From: Thermoproteota archaeon
GTDB lineage: Archaea > Thermoproteota > Thermoprotei_A > Sulfolobales > Ignisphaeraceae
Length of the DNA: 64,000 nucleotides
Assembly: GCA_030550585.1 (NCBI GenBank)
Contig: JAUQPB010000001.1
Coordinates: 32,001-96,000, forward strand
Direction of reading: 5' to 3'
Positions 50,468 to 60,818 of the stretch are shown piece by piece; position 1 is the first letter of the stretch; the number at the start of each line of letters is the position of its first letter. A program made the translations under genes and the position numbers. The notes beneath the pieces are model-generated. The model did not search any database. It saw only the letters and a list, made by a program, of their open reading frames with translations, and had not been told where the DNA came from.

Positions 50468-51886
50468 CTATAGGAGGAGTGGTATTGTAGATGCTATTAG
50501 TATCCACAGCGGTGTTGGTGCTCCAAAGGCTATTTGTGTTGTGAGCATCTTTGCTGGTCCGTAGAGGATTGTTGCATATGTTGCTATAGCTTCTCCAAGT
50601 GCTAGTGATGCTATTGGTCTCCACCTACCCAAGCCTTTTCTGGCTATGCCTGCAAGTGTTATTGGTGCTAGTGGGAGTAGGTAAGCTGATGAGGCTACAG
50701 AGAGCTCTGCTACATACCCTATCCTAGCTATGGCAAATACTGTTGCAAGAACCATTATTATGGCTATTGATGTATATGAAAATGCTTTTGATGTTGATTC
50801 CCTTGGGTTTTTAGCTACCTTCTCATAGAGTTCTCTTGTAACTGCGCTTGCAACAGACAAAACTATGGAGTCTGCCGTTGATATTGCAGCTGCTACTATG
50901 GATACATAGACAATCGATGCTAGTATTGGATGGGACAGAGATATTATGTATGGTGCAACAGCATCTCTGTTGCCCATGAACTTGCCCGCCATCCCAACAC
51001 CCTCTAGATAAGCTCTATAGGCCAGCCCCAGAACAACGCAGAGAAGTGTGTAGATGAGGCCGTAGATGGAGAAGTATCTCACCATCCTTCTATAGGCCCT
51101 CTCATCCTTAGGTATATAGATTCTCTGGACAACTTGTGGGTTTGTCAATGCGAAGAATATCCATGGGAGTGTCATACCAACAAACATCTGCGTACTCCAC
51201 GTAAATGACAGTAGGTTTTGGTTTCTAGTCAATAAGTCTACAAACCTGTTCCAGTCTATCCCAGCCGATGGCAAGAGGAATTGCAGTACCCACACAAAAA
51301 ACGCTGTAGCTCCTACAATCATCCATATCCCCTGAAAAGCATCTGTTGTTGCAACACTCCACAGACCGGCTACAACAGTCCACAAAGCTATTGCAATTGC
51401 TCCAAACAAGACGCCTATCTCATAGCTTATTCCAACAGCGTTGAAAACCTCTCCAATGCCCTTGAGCTGTGCTGATGTATATGGCACTAATGCAAATAGG
51501 TAGAGGATAGCTACTATAATGCCTAGTGCTCTAGAGCCATACAAATCTGATAGCATGTCTGTTGGGCTGACCCACCCCCTAGCCCTAGCCCCATACCACA
51601 TGTAGACACCTACAGTAGATAGTATGAGTATTGTTGCGGCGAGGTAGACAAGCTCGAAACCAAGAGATGCAACCCCAGTTGCAAATGTTAGACCTGCTAG
51701 GCCTACCATCATAAAGGCGCTGTAGGTTGTTGCAGCATATGTCATAGCGGATATGAATCCCCCTACCCTGTAGCCGCCAACGAAAAACTCTTTTGATCCT
51801 ACCCCTAGGTACCTCCTACTCAAAAAGGCTATTGCAGTGCCCAAAACAAAGAATATTACAAGCATGGCAATAAATTCTAGGATCAT
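50468..51886 (-). CDS. Sodium:solute symporter (PutP/PanF family)
   Basis: EFFVGG, ATTYSAFMMVG, GLWSVATTDAFQG, AAAISTADS. Confidence 0.92.
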   Translation of the reverse strand: MILEFIAMLVIFFVLGTAIAFLSRRYLGVGSKEFFVGGYRVGGFISAMTYAATTYSAFMMVGLAGLTFATGVASLGFELVYLAATILILSTVGVYMWYGARARGWVSPTDMLSDLYGSRALGIIVAILYLFALVPYTSAQLKGIGEVFNAVGISYEIGVLFGAIAIALWTVVAGLWSVATTDAFQGIWMIVGATAFFVWVLQFLLPSAGIDWNRFVDLLTRNQNLLSFTWSTQMFVGMTLPWIFFALTNPQVVQRIYIPKDERAYRRMVRYFSIYGLIYTLLCVVLGLAYRAYLEGVGMAGKFMGNRDAVAPYIISLSHPILASIVYVSIVAAAISTADSIVLSVASAVTRELYEKVAKNPRESTSKAFSYTSIAIIMVLATVFAIARIGYVAELSVASSAYLLPLAPITLAGIARKGLGRWRPIASLALGEAIATYATILYGPAKMLTTQIAFGAPTPLWILIASTIPLLL

Positions 51887-52080
51887 TTTCTAGCCACCCC
51901 TCTAAGCCCCTTCTCCAATAGAACAAAACCAATAACAATGCACACAGCTGTTAGTGCTGTCCAGTAGATGAAGAGCCCCATGACATTGGCTCTGTATAGA
52001 AGATTTGAGAAGGCTGGGCTCATAGGTACATAGAAAAGAGCCACTAGGGCTATGTACAGTGCTGTTAATAGCCTTCTCAT
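51883..52080 (-). CDS. Small 2-TM partner of the SSS transporter
   Basis: 65 aa, two TMs, ATGA overlap with the symporter. Confidence 0.75.
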   Translation of the reverse strand: MRRLLTALYIALVALFYVPMSPAFSNLLYRANVMGLFIYWTALTAVCIVIGFVLLEKGLRGVARK

Positions 52081-52254
52081 GTTTTCACCATTAAACGTTT
52101 GTACACATACAAACAGGTTCTGGTTTAAAAGTCTTTATCTCCAATACTAGATCGCTAGCTCGGATCACAACTATGGTATAGCCACAACGTTATTGTTAAA
52201 TGAATAAAGCTTTTAAAGTATTTGATATGCAAGCGAATAGAGGTGAGAATCGCT

Positions 52255-53421
52255 TTGGCCAAACTCTCTACAGATGCTATTCATGGGCATGGGCACAGGG
52301 ATGCGCTCGGATCTCACATACCGCCCATCTACCTAGGTGTGATATACGAATATATCGACTATGAGTCCGGAGATGCCATATTCATTGATAGGGGCAACTA
52401 CCTTAGATATGGAAGAGAGGAGAACCCCACCACAAGAGCTCTCGAAAGAGTTGTTGCAAAACTTGAGAATACTGAGGATGCATTAGCGTTTAATAGTGGC
52501 ATGGCAGCCATATCGACAACGTTTCTGTGGAGGCTTAGACCTGGGGACAGGATCGTCATTCCGATGGAGCTATACAGCTCCACAATAGTTCTCCTCAACA
52601 ACCTAGCCGAGAAACTTAGTCTGAAAATCGCCAAGGTTTGGCCATCTGCAGAAGCAATAGTTGAGGCTGTAGACAGCAAAACATCTATGGTGTTTATAGA
52701 GACTATGACCAACCCCACAAACAAGGTTATAGATCTTGAGTATCTGTATAAACACCTAGACCTCTCTAAAACTCTTCTAGTAGTCGACAACACATTCACA
52801 ACACCTGTAATCCTAAAACCAGTTAAATACGGTGCACACCTCGTTGTACACAGCATGACAAAATACTTTGGAGGTCACAACGACGTTGTTGGAGGTGTTG
52901 TTGCGGGTTCCAAGAGCTACACAACTGCCTTGTGGGATTGGAGGAGAATGCTTGGAGGAATACTACAACCATTCGAATCATACATGATTCTAAGAGGTGT
53001 TAAAACACTTGAGGTGAGATTCGAGAAGCATAGCAGAAACGCCCAGGCAATCGCAGAGTATCTGGCTGATCACCCAAGAATTGAGGAGGTTATGTATCCG
53101 GGACTGAAGAGCAGTCCATACCACGAAATAGCGAAGAAAATATTTGAAAAACCGCTGTTTGGAGGGGTGATAAGCTTCAAAATAAAGGGCACCTATCAAG
53201 ACGCTATAAAATTCCTTAAAAGACTAAAGGTGATTAGGAGATGCCCAAGTCTTGGGGGGACAGAGTCCATGGCCGTGCTACCAGTAAAGGCAGGCTCAAT
53301 GTTTATCGAGCCAGAGGATAGGGTGAAACTGGGAATAACAGAGAATCTGGTCAGGCTTTCGGTTGGGCTAGAGGATGTTGAGGATCTGAAAGAGGATATA
53401 TCGCAGGCACTCAACATCTAA
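52255..53421 (+). CDS. Cystathionine gamma-synthase / trans-sulfuration family PLP enzyme
   Basis: YGREENPT, FNSGMAAI, ETMTNP, VDNTF, HSMTKYFGGHND, SLGGTES, RLSVGLED. TTG start follows a GAGGTGA RBS. Confidence 0.93.
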   Translation: MAKLSTDAIHGHGHRDALGSHIPPIYLGVIYEYIDYESGDAIFIDRGNYLRYGREENPTTRALERVVAKLENTEDALAFNSGMAAISTTFLWRLRPGDRIVIPMELYSSTIVLLNNLAEKLSLKIAKVWPSAEAIVEAVDSKTSMVFIETMTNPTNKVIDLEYLYKHLDLSKTLLVVDNTFTTPVILKPVKYGAHLVVHSMTKYFGGHNDVVGGVVAGSKSYTTALWDWRRMLGGILQPFESYMILRGVKTLEVRFEKHSRNAQAIAEYLADHPRIEEVMYPGLKSSPYHEIAKKIFEKPLFGGVISFKIKGTYQDAIKFLKRLKVIRRCPSLGGTESMAVLPVKAGSMFIEPEDRVKLGITENLVRLSVGLEDVEDLKEDISQALNI

Positions 53422-53524
53422 TACTGTATGAAAACAATACGGTTTTCCGCTCTATCCCTTGCTTTGATCAAATTTTATAATGTTTTTAATAAAGAGATAG
53501 ATTCTGGGTTTCAGGTAACATTAT

Positions 53525-54529
53525 ATGGATGCATATGAAAGTATCTTGGATATCCTGTCGAGGCATGCCGATGGGGTTCCACAGTCGTTTTTGTATAGGG
53601 CTCTACCCTTTTCCAAGTCCTATATTAGCATCGTTTTGAGAGAGCTTGAGAGAAGAGGTGTTGTTCATAGGGTTAGAATCGGCAACACATATATTGTTAG
53701 ACTTGCCAAGCCATTTACTAAGAGCTTCCATGGAAAGAGGCTTGTTCTTGGAATTGTCTGGTCGAGCGAATACCTGTTTCTAGGGCATTTTGCTAAAATG
53801 CTTAGAGACTCTCTTTCAATGGATCTGGATGTAAAGGTCTATCCAAATGCTGTTTCAGCCACCCTATCAATTTTAATGGGCGATGTCGATGCTGTTCTAA
53901 GCCCCCTCGCAACACAGCTCTACTTGTATCCAATTTCAAAGAGCTTTAAAATCGTTGGCGGTGGCGCAATCGGAGGTGGCTTTATATATGAGATTGGCGA
54001 TGGCGCAGAAGGTGTTGTAGCATCAAGCGAGCTTTCCACAATGGATCTATGCAGAGCTGTTGCAAGCGAGAGGAGATTGATCAACGAAGAAAGTGTTCTA
54101 TATTTCAACAGCTCGCAACAGGCTATAGAGATTGCCAGAGGCAGAGGCGCTAGAAACATTGTTGTTTGGCACCCAATCACATATGAAATAGAGAAGATGG
54201 GTGGAAAAAGAGTTGGGGAGTGCATAGAATTTGAGGAGACGAAACATTGTTGCACACTAGCAATCTCTGATAGGGTGCCTCCTGAGATGGTCGAGAAAAT
54301 AGCTACTATCTATAGACAGTCAATAGATGTTTTCAAGAGAGAGCCTAGCAGATTCCTCGACTGGTACTCAACATTAACAGGAATAGATACTGCCCTCCTT
54401 AGAGACGCTCTAAAGGTCTACAGATATGATGGCGAGCTAGACCACAAAAGCATTGACAAACTGATAAGGTTTATGAACATAAAGATACCTCACATTCAGA
54501 AATTGGAGAATGCCTTTTACAAAATATAG
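53525..54529 (+). CDS. wHTH regulator fused to a periplasmic-binding-protein-like (NMT1/TauA) domain
   Basis: GVPQS.L...FSKSYISIVLRELERRGVVHR wHTH; C-terminal GDVDAVLSP, VVWHP, HCCTLA. Confidence 0.7.
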   Translation: MDAYESILDILSRHADGVPQSFLYRALPFSKSYISIVLRELERRGVVHRVRIGNTYIVRLAKPFTKSFHGKRLVLGIVWSSEYLFLGHFAKMLRDSLSMDLDVKVYPNAVSATLSILMGDVDAVLSPLATQLYLYPISKSFKIVGGGAIGGGFIYEIGDGAEGVVASSELSTMDLCRAVASERRLINEESVLYFNSSQQAIEIARGRGARNIVVWHPITYEIEKMGGKRVGECIEFEETKHCCTLAISDRVPPEMVEKIATIYRQSIDVFKREPSRFLDWYSTLTGIDTALLRDALKVYRYDGELDHKSIDKLIRFMNIKIPHIQKLENAFYKI

Positions 54530-54573
54530 TTTTTCTAACCAGCTCAATAAATTTTGTAGATATTGCCAATAAA

Positions 54574-54621
54574 AATATTAATAATATTGTTCATAAAAAT
54601 TCATTATGAAAAAGTTTAAAT
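54574..54621 (+). promoter_or_regulatory. Peroxiredoxin promoter with inverted repeats
   Basis: AATATT-N3-AATATT (54574-54588) and TTCATA-N9-TATGAA (54590-54610) abutting BRE/TATA gaaaaagtttaaat. Confidence 0.4.
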
Positions 54622-54661
54622 TTCTTCAGGAAACAAAAGATTTGTTAGAAGGTGCAGGAAA

Positions 54662-55375
54662 ATGGAAGAAAAAATACCTCTTCAAATAGGGTCTAAATTC
54701 CCTGAAATGACCGTTGTAACAACCCATGGTGTCAAGAAGCTACCCGACGACTACAAGGGAAAGTGGCTTGTGCTCTTCAGCCACCCAGCTGACTATACAC
54801 CAGTTTGTACAACAGAATTTGTGGGATTTGCTGTTAGATACGAGGATTTCAAAAAGCTTAATGCAGAGCTGCTCGGGCTTAGTGTTGACAGTGTTTATGC
54901 CCATATCAAGTGGATTGAGTGGATAAAGGAGAAATTGGGTGTTGAAATACCATTCCCAATTATAGCTGATCCAACTGGTGAGGTTGCAGCAAAACTCAAT
55001 ATGTTCCCTGTTGGGGGCACACATACCATCAGAGCTGTGTTCATAGTCGATCCAAGTGGTGTTATAAGAGCCATGCTGTACTATCCAGCCGAGACTGGCA
55101 GGAACTTGGATGAGATACTAAGGCTCTTGAAGGCTCTTCAAGTATCTGACAAATACCGTGTAGCGCTACCTGCCAACTGGCCAAACAATGCACTGATTGG
55201 CGAGAGAGCTATTGTGCCACCACCAACAACTGTTGCAGATGCGCAGGAGAGACTGAAGAAGTATGAGTGCTTTGACTGGTGGTTCTGCCACAAGGAGATA
55301 CCTGCTGAGGAAGCTGAAGAGGCTAAGAAGTTTCTTGAGAGAGCTGCTAAAAGACCGGAGCTACCAAAGAAGTGA
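54662..55375 (+). CDS. Peroxiredoxin (archaeal Prx6 type)
   Basis: [35 protein letters not shown]. Confidence 0.95.
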   Translation: MEEKIPLQIGSKFPEMTVVTTHGVKKLPDDYKGKWLVLFSHPADYTPVCTTEFVGFAVRYEDFKKLNAELLGLSVDSVYAHIKWIEWIKEKLGVEIPFPIIADPTGEVAAKLNMFPVGGTHTIRAVFIVDPSGVIRAMLYYPAETGRNLDEILRLLKALQVSDKYRVALPANWPNNALIGERAIVPPPTTVADAQERLKKYECFDWWFCHKEIPAEEAEEAKKFLERAAKRPELPKK

Positions 55376-55379
55376 GGAA

Positions 55380-56597
55380 CTACCTAAAATAATTATCCAA
55401 TCTACTATTTTTTAGCAAAAGTGTTAGAATTCTCGACTTTCTAACCCAGATCTTCGACCCCAGCGCAGAGTATTTGTCGACTATCTTCAGAGCCTCATCT
55501 AAGCTACTAACCCTGTAAGGCTTCTGGCTATACATAGCCCTGAGCTGCTCCCTCACAAACCAGACGCCAATGGGTATGTCGAAACCTGGGTAAACCTCCC
55601 TCAAAACAACTGCTATAGCCTGTCTAGCTATCTTATTCAAGTACTCAGCTGTTGCAAGTCTAGCAGCATAGTAGCACCCACCTATAGACGCATATTCGTC
55701 TCTAGGTCTAAACAATTCGTGGTCTCCCTCTACAACAACTTCACTACCGTTTGGATTCCACGTCGACTTTGGGAACCATGCCTCCATCCACTCAAAGCTC
55801 CATTCACCTGGAATGAGAATCGATATGAATAGGTTCTTCGCATAGAACCTTACAAAAACTTGTATCTCACTCAAATGGCTGTAGAACCTTATCCTCTCTG
55901 TTATCAAGTGTCTCGATATTATATCGTCTACAGCTGTTATAGCCCATCTTGTTGGAACAAGTCTCCTCCTCTTTGCAGCGCCCAATGCACCCACGCTAAA
56001 GATCTTCTGTATCTGTGAAACTGGAATCCCACCCCTATAAAGCTCAACAACAGCCTCCAACGCTGTTGCATCGCCATCTCCATAAATTCTCTCAACAACT
56101 TTAGATGTCGACGGAATTGAAACAACCTTAAAGCTGTCTATAGGTGCTCTAGGGCCTATAGGAGGCTCGAACTCGCTGAAGCTATATCCCCTAGGCCTTT
56201 TAGCAAACCTCATCTCTATATCCACAGGCCTTAGAGTCAAGACCATTTGCTGAAGCTCTTGAACAAACCTATCATCTATTTTCGTTACACCAACAACCCT
56301 TCTACCAAGAAATAGGCTGAGCCTCATAGAAACAACCTCGTCCACAGGCTTAGACTGCCAAAGCTCTGGATAGTCGTAGATAGATGTGTCACCGGTTTCG
56401 GCAGGTGCCATAGGCCCTGCGAAAACATTTGGATATCCGATCCTCCCGATGAAGACTGATGGGGGTGAGGAGCCAAAGACGGTGTCAGAAACGTTAGAGA
56501 CTTTGATGTATGCCCTTGTCTTTGCTAGTATTGGGCAGTAAGCCCTTCCACAAAGATATTTTGCCCCTCTGCACAAAATACATAGACTGCTACTCAT
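55380..56597 (-). CDS. nreA: Nre family DNA repair protein
   Basis: CILCRG..LCGR..CP, GSSPPSVFIG, LVPTRWAITAVD, GGCYYAARL, C-terminal PIP-like SRLDNYF. Confidence 0.92.
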   Translation of the reverse strand: MSSSLCILCRGAKYLCGRAYCPILAKTRAYIKVSNVSDTVFGSSPPSVFIGRIGYPNVFAGPMAPAETGDTSIYDYPELWQSKPVDEVVSMRLSLFLGRRVVGVTKIDDRFVQELQQMVLTLRPVDIEMRFAKRPRGYSFSEFEPPIGPRAPIDSFKVVSIPSTSKVVERIYGDGDATALEAVVELYRGGIPVSQIQKIFSVGALGAAKRRRLVPTRWAITAVDDIISRHLITERIRFYSHLSEIQVFVRFYAKNLFISILIPGEWSFEWMEAWFPKSTWNPNGSEVVVEGDHELFRPRDEYASIGGCYYAARLATAEYLNKIARQAIAVVLREVYPGFDIPIGVWFVREQLRAMYSQKPYRVSSLDEALKIVDKYSALGSKIWVRKSRILTLLLKNSRLDNYFR

Positions 56598-56694
56598 ATC
56601 ACGCCCAGTCTATTGTGTTGCTAAACAAAATTTAAATTGTGTGAACCGAAACTAAAAATTGGCTATTCTAGGCATTGCATAGGTGTTGCACAGC

Positions 56695-57003
56695 ATGGCC
56701 ATACTTGTAGAGCTTAGGGTTGTACCTGTAGGCACAAAAACAACTAGTTTGAGTGGCTATGTAGCAAAGGTTATCGAGTTGATAAAGAGTAGAGGCTACA
56801 ACTACTTCTTAAGTCCTATGGGAACATCTATAGAGGTTAAAACGTTTGACGATATAGCAAAGCTGTTAGAGGACATCGCAAACATGCTCAGAAGCGAGGG
56901 TGTGCAGAGAATTGTGATAGACATTGCAATTGATGCGAGATTCGACAAGGATGCCCATCTAGAGTCGAAGATTAGAAGTGTTGAGGAGAAGCTAGCTAGG
57001 TAG
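56695..57003 (+). CDS. MTH1187/YkoF family thiamine-binding protein
   Basis: VVPVGT..TSLSGYVA, PMGTSIE, IDARFDK, K..SVEEK. Confidence 0.9.
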   Translation: MAILVELRVVPVGTKTTSLSGYVAKVIELIKSRGYNYFLSPMGTSIEVKTFDDIAKLLEDIANMLRSEGVQRIVIDIAIDARFDKDAHLESKIRSVEEKLAR

Positions 57004-58041
57004 AGAACCGTTCAAGGGCCTTGCAATGTATATCCCATCATCGCTAGACACAATCTCCACCTTAATCCTCTTACCCACAAGCCTATCATACCACTGAACA
57101 CCAACCACAGTAATTGCAACATCATAGTCTTTATCAACAGCTATAACCTCGTTTTTGAGCCACCCAGGAACAGCAATGACAACGTCTATGACATCGCCTC
57201 TCCCATATTTTATCGGATACCTTCTAGCGGGTCTAATACCAAAATCAAGCCTTTTATAGTATAGAGCAATTCCATATTCTTTTTCCAGATCCTCCAAAAA
57301 CCTTTTGAATGTGCTCCAAGAAACTTCTTTGACGTTTCGAACCTTTCTTCCATACCTATGAACCTCATATTTCTGTATTCCGAAGGGTGGAAACCTCTTT
57401 CCAACCCCTATTCTGAGACCCCACTCAACAATCTTCTTTATATCGTCGTCGTTTAGACCCGGTATCCACACAGGGGTTAGATGGACATCTATCCTGGTGT
57501 TTTTAACAATGTACTCGACGATCTCCATAACACTTTTAACGCTGTACCACGGAACCCCCTGGATGGTCTTGCCCTTCTCCTCGTCGAGTGTATCGATGCT
57601 GATGTTCAGCCTGTCTAGGCCAGCCTCGTCGAGCATGTCTATCAATGCTTTGGATAGTGTCTGTCCCCTACTCTCCATAGCAACCCTTGGAAAGATCTTC
57701 TTAAGCTCTCTAACGATGTCAACTATGTTTGGGTGTGTTGGGGGCTCCCCCACACCATCTATGAGAGCTTCTAGCACGTCGCCACCCTTGGCATTTCTCA
57801 CATGCTTTGCCCACTTGACCAAGTGTCTCCAGTCCACAATATACTCTGATTGTCTGTGTCTAGAGAAGGGCCCAGCGTCAACACTACAGAATATGCAGTT
57901 GTAGGGGCATATCGTTGTCGGTCTAATCTGCAAAACGTTTGTCCCTCTATCAACAATGCCAAATGCTATGTGGCCCACGAGGGGGAGGTCATCAACGTAT
58001 ATGTAGAGCCTTGCCTTTGTTCTCCCTATTATCTGCGTCAT
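56992..58041 (-). CDS. Radical SAM protein with C-terminal TRAM-like domain (archaeal COG2100 type)
   Basis: FGIVDRGTN.LQIRP, CPYNCIFCSVD, DGVGEP, PGLND. Confidence 0.9.
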   Translation of the reverse strand: MTQIIGRTKARLYIYVDDLPLVGHIAFGIVDRGTNVLQIRPTTICPYNCIFCSVDAGPFSRHRQSEYIVDWRHLVKWAKHVRNAKGGDVLEALIDGVGEPPTHPNIVDIVRELKKIFPRVAMESRGQTLSKALIDMLDEAGLDRLNISIDTLDEEKGKTIQGVPWYSVKSVMEIVEYIVKNTRIDVHLTPVWIPGLNDDDIKKIVEWGLRIGVGKRFPPFGIQKYEVHRYGRKVRNVKEVSWSTFKRFLEDLEKEYGIALYYKRLDFGIRPARRYPIKYGRGDVIDVVIAVPGWLKNEVIAVDKDYDVAITVVGVQWYDRLVGKRIKVEIVSSDDGIYIARPLNGSLPS

Positions 58042-58109
58042 CGTATCTTTCTATCGGTTTATACATATGTGACTTTATAAAGATTTTCCTGTAGAAAAAT
58101 CCAACATTT

Positions 58110-59618
58110 CTATGGCACATCCTTCGACTTGACTATGATTCTAAGTGTTATCGGCTTCTTCAACCTCTTTGTGTCTGGCAAAACGATTTTCAAGCCGTTT
58201 TCTGTTAGACTCCAAGAAACCTTTTCTTGTGTGTTGGGTATATCGATGCTGACTATATCTTCGTGCACGCCTCCCAACGCTTTTAGCGTTATCTCCTGCT
58301 TTGGCTCGCCTAATATTGTGGCATAGACAATTTCTTTGAATGGATATGCATACTTTGTTGTATATCTTACATCCTCTCCGGTGAAGGCAAGTCTCCTCTC
58401 AGTGAAGAAACCTTCCTCAACTTTTGTAGGCCCCTCACCAAACACTATCCACGGTCTTGAGCCGTAGACAGACTCTCCATAGATTTTCAGCCACTCGCCA
58501 ATGTTTAAAAGTATCCTCTTCTGCTCTTCTGGTATCGTCCCATCGGGCTTTGGACCTATGTTCAATAGAAAAGAACCGTTCTTGCTAACAACATCCACCA
58601 TGTGTCGGATTATAGTCTCTGGCGATTTATACTCGGCATCTCTTATGTACCCCCATGACTTGTAGTCAACAGAGGTGTCGGCAAGCCACGGATAGTCCTG
58701 TATCGTTGCCACACTCCCTCTTTCTAGATCTGGGACTGCCACACCCTTGGGGAAGGCACCGTGCTTATAGACTATAACAGGCTCTATGCCCCAGCCATAG
58801 CATCTGTTATAGTAGTAGGCTGCAAATGCTTTTAGGTATGGCTCGAAGGCCGGGTTTGCTATCCACCAATCGAAGTACACTATCCAAGGTCTATACCTCT
58901 CAACAACCTCGACAATTCTTAGTAGCCAATCCATTAGAAAGCTGTGGTCTGGAGGAACATTATCCGGTGATGGCGGTGCCCTGGGGTCGAGCGAGGCGGG
59001 TTTTGCGGGCCCATATAAGTCAAAGTATTTTGGGTCTCTAACATCAGAGTCTATCTTCATCCCAGTGTTGAAGAACCACCAGTGCTCTGCCCTATGATAG
59101 GACACACCAAATATTAGCCCCCTATCCTCAACAGCTTTCTTAAGCTCTTTGACAATATCTCTCTTCGGGCCAACTCTAGTAGCGCACCATCTTGTGTAGC
59201 TAGAGTCCCACAATGCAAAGCCGTCGTGGTGCTCCGCAACAAGAACAACAAATTTTGCGCCTGCCCTCTCGAATATCCTAGCCCATTCGTCTGGATCCCA
59301 GTTGTCGGCTGTGAACATGGGTATAAAGTCTTTGTATCCAAAATCTCTGTGGGGGCCAAAGTTTTTTAGGTGATATTCGTACTCTGGCTGCGAAGGGTCG
59401 TACATGTTTCTAGGGTACCACTCGCTGCCAAAAGCAGGTACAGAATATGCTCCCCAGTGAATGAATATGCCGAACCTCGAGTCTGTGAACCACTTTGGGA
59501 CTTTGTACATGTTCAGCGAGTCCCACGATGGTTTGAAAGGCCCTTTCACAGGAGCTGGAATGCTAGACAAGATCTCCTCAGGGCTCATAACAATATCCCA
59601 GCGACTTATTGACACCAA
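58110..59618 (-). CDS. Alpha-L-fucosidase (GH29), uninterrupted
   Basis: FGIFIHWG.YSVP, EHHDGF, VYFDWW, SWGY, VSKNGSFLLNIGP..DGTIP. Confidence 0.95.
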   Translation of the reverse strand: MVSISRWDIVMSPEEILSSIPAPVKGPFKPSWDSLNMYKVPKWFTDSRFGIFIHWGAYSVPAFGSEWYPRNMYDPSQPEYEYHLKNFGPHRDFGYKDFIPMFTADNWDPDEWARIFERAGAKFVVLVAEHHDGFALWDSSYTRWCATRVGPKRDIVKELKKAVEDRGLIFGVSYHRAEHWWFFNTGMKIDSDVRDPKYFDLYGPAKPASLDPRAPPSPDNVPPDHSFLMDWLLRIVEVVERYRPWIVYFDWWIANPAFEPYLKAFAAYYYNRCYGWGIEPVIVYKHGAFPKGVAVPDLERGSVATIQDYPWLADTSVDYKSWGYIRDAEYKSPETIIRHMVDVVSKNGSFLLNIGPKPDGTIPEEQKRILLNIGEWLKIYGESVYGSRPWIVFGEGPTKVEEGFFTERRLAFTGEDVRYTTKYAYPFKEIVYATILGEPKQEITLKALGGVHEDIVSIDIPNTQEKVSWSLTENGLKIVLPDTKRLKKPITLRIIVKSKDVP

Positions 59619-59716
59619 TTATTAATAAGTCCAGATGCTATATAGCCTCTCGCTATTAGCGACATCTAACATCTCTGCCAAGTATTTAGAAGATGGGCTG
59701 GGGGTGTATTTTAACG

Positions 59717-60730
59717 ATGTTCGGACTTGTTGAAGGTTTTTATCTGCTTCTGAGAGATAAGTCCATATTCTATGTCAAGGGGGTTTCCCACCCACCGAAC
59801 AGGGTCGTGGCTTTTCCTAAATATGTGCCTAGAAGCGATGGGGATAGGATACATCCATCCGGGCTTAGATATGCAAAAATACCTGGTGTAGACAATGAGA
59901 TGAGGTTTCTACTGAGCAACTACCCCCATTACATAGCCTACGACAGTTTCTTCTGCCGACCAGTTCCCACAGTACCTCTAAGCGATATAGAAACGGTTTT
60001 GAATCCTCTTGAAAAAGCTGAGGAGATATTATTGCATAGAGTGATTGAAGACGATGTTATTAGAAGTGTTAGAGAGTTTATACTGCTTGCCAATGAGGTT
60101 GGCGGTGTTAGAAACATTGGTGTTTCAGGATCTATTCTAGCAAATCTGCACACTCACAACTCGGACATCGACATTGTTGTCTATGGCTGGCGCGACTCAA
60201 TTAAAATGTATAGGTTTCTACAAGATGCTATCGGTGATAAGAGCCTTGGATTTGCGAAGTACTCTGGCAATGCTTTGCAGGAGCTGTATAGAGAGAGGGT
60301 GTCTGAGACCCCCATACCATTTGAGAAATTTGCTGAGATAGAGTCTCAGAGGGTTTTAGACGGCTTGTTCAGGGGGAGGAGATACTTTGTAAGGTTGGTG
60401 AAAGAGCCTGGAAGAGATGACACATACGGTTCTTATACATGTGCAAAAATTGGTGTGGCAACCCTAAAGCTTAGAGTAGAAGACGATTCAGACTCTATAT
60501 ACACTCCATGCAGATACAAGGTGGAGGTAGAGGAGTTCATAGACGGTGTTAGAGCCTATGTCGAAGAGGTCTATAGTCTCAGGGGGAGATTCAATGAAAT
60601 AGCTAAGAAGGGGGACACAGTCGTAGCAAGAGGGTCAGTCGAATTACTTAGATACAGAGATGGCTCCACCAAGTATAGACTGTATGTTGGTGATGCAGGA
60701 GATTTTATCTACCCGATAAAAACCCTCTAG
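59717..60730 (+). CDS. Predicted nucleotidyltransferase (COG1665 type)
   Basis: FYVKG..HPP, IGVSGS.L...SDIDIVVYG. Confidence 0.85.
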   Translation: MFGLVEGFYLLLRDKSIFYVKGVSHPPNRVVAFPKYVPRSDGDRIHPSGLRYAKIPGVDNEMRFLLSNYPHYIAYDSFFCRPVPTVPLSDIETVLNPLEKAEEILLHRVIEDDVIRSVREFILLANEVGGVRNIGVSGSILANLHTHNSDIDIVVYGWRDSIKMYRFLQDAIGDKSLGFAKYSGNALQELYRERVSETPIPFEKFAEIESQRVLDGLFRGRRYFVRLVKEPGRDDTYGSYTCAKIGVATLKLRVEDDSDSIYTPCRYKVEVEEFIDGVRAYVEEVYSLRGRFNEIAKKGDTVVARGSVELLRYRDGSTKYRLYVGDAGDFIYPIKTL

Positions 60731-60818
60731 ATCTATACAAAAGATCTGTACCGAATAAAGACTTTTATAAACAGACTAAGCAAATCTTGTAACAAACTCT
60801 GCAAATGGTGTTGGCAAA

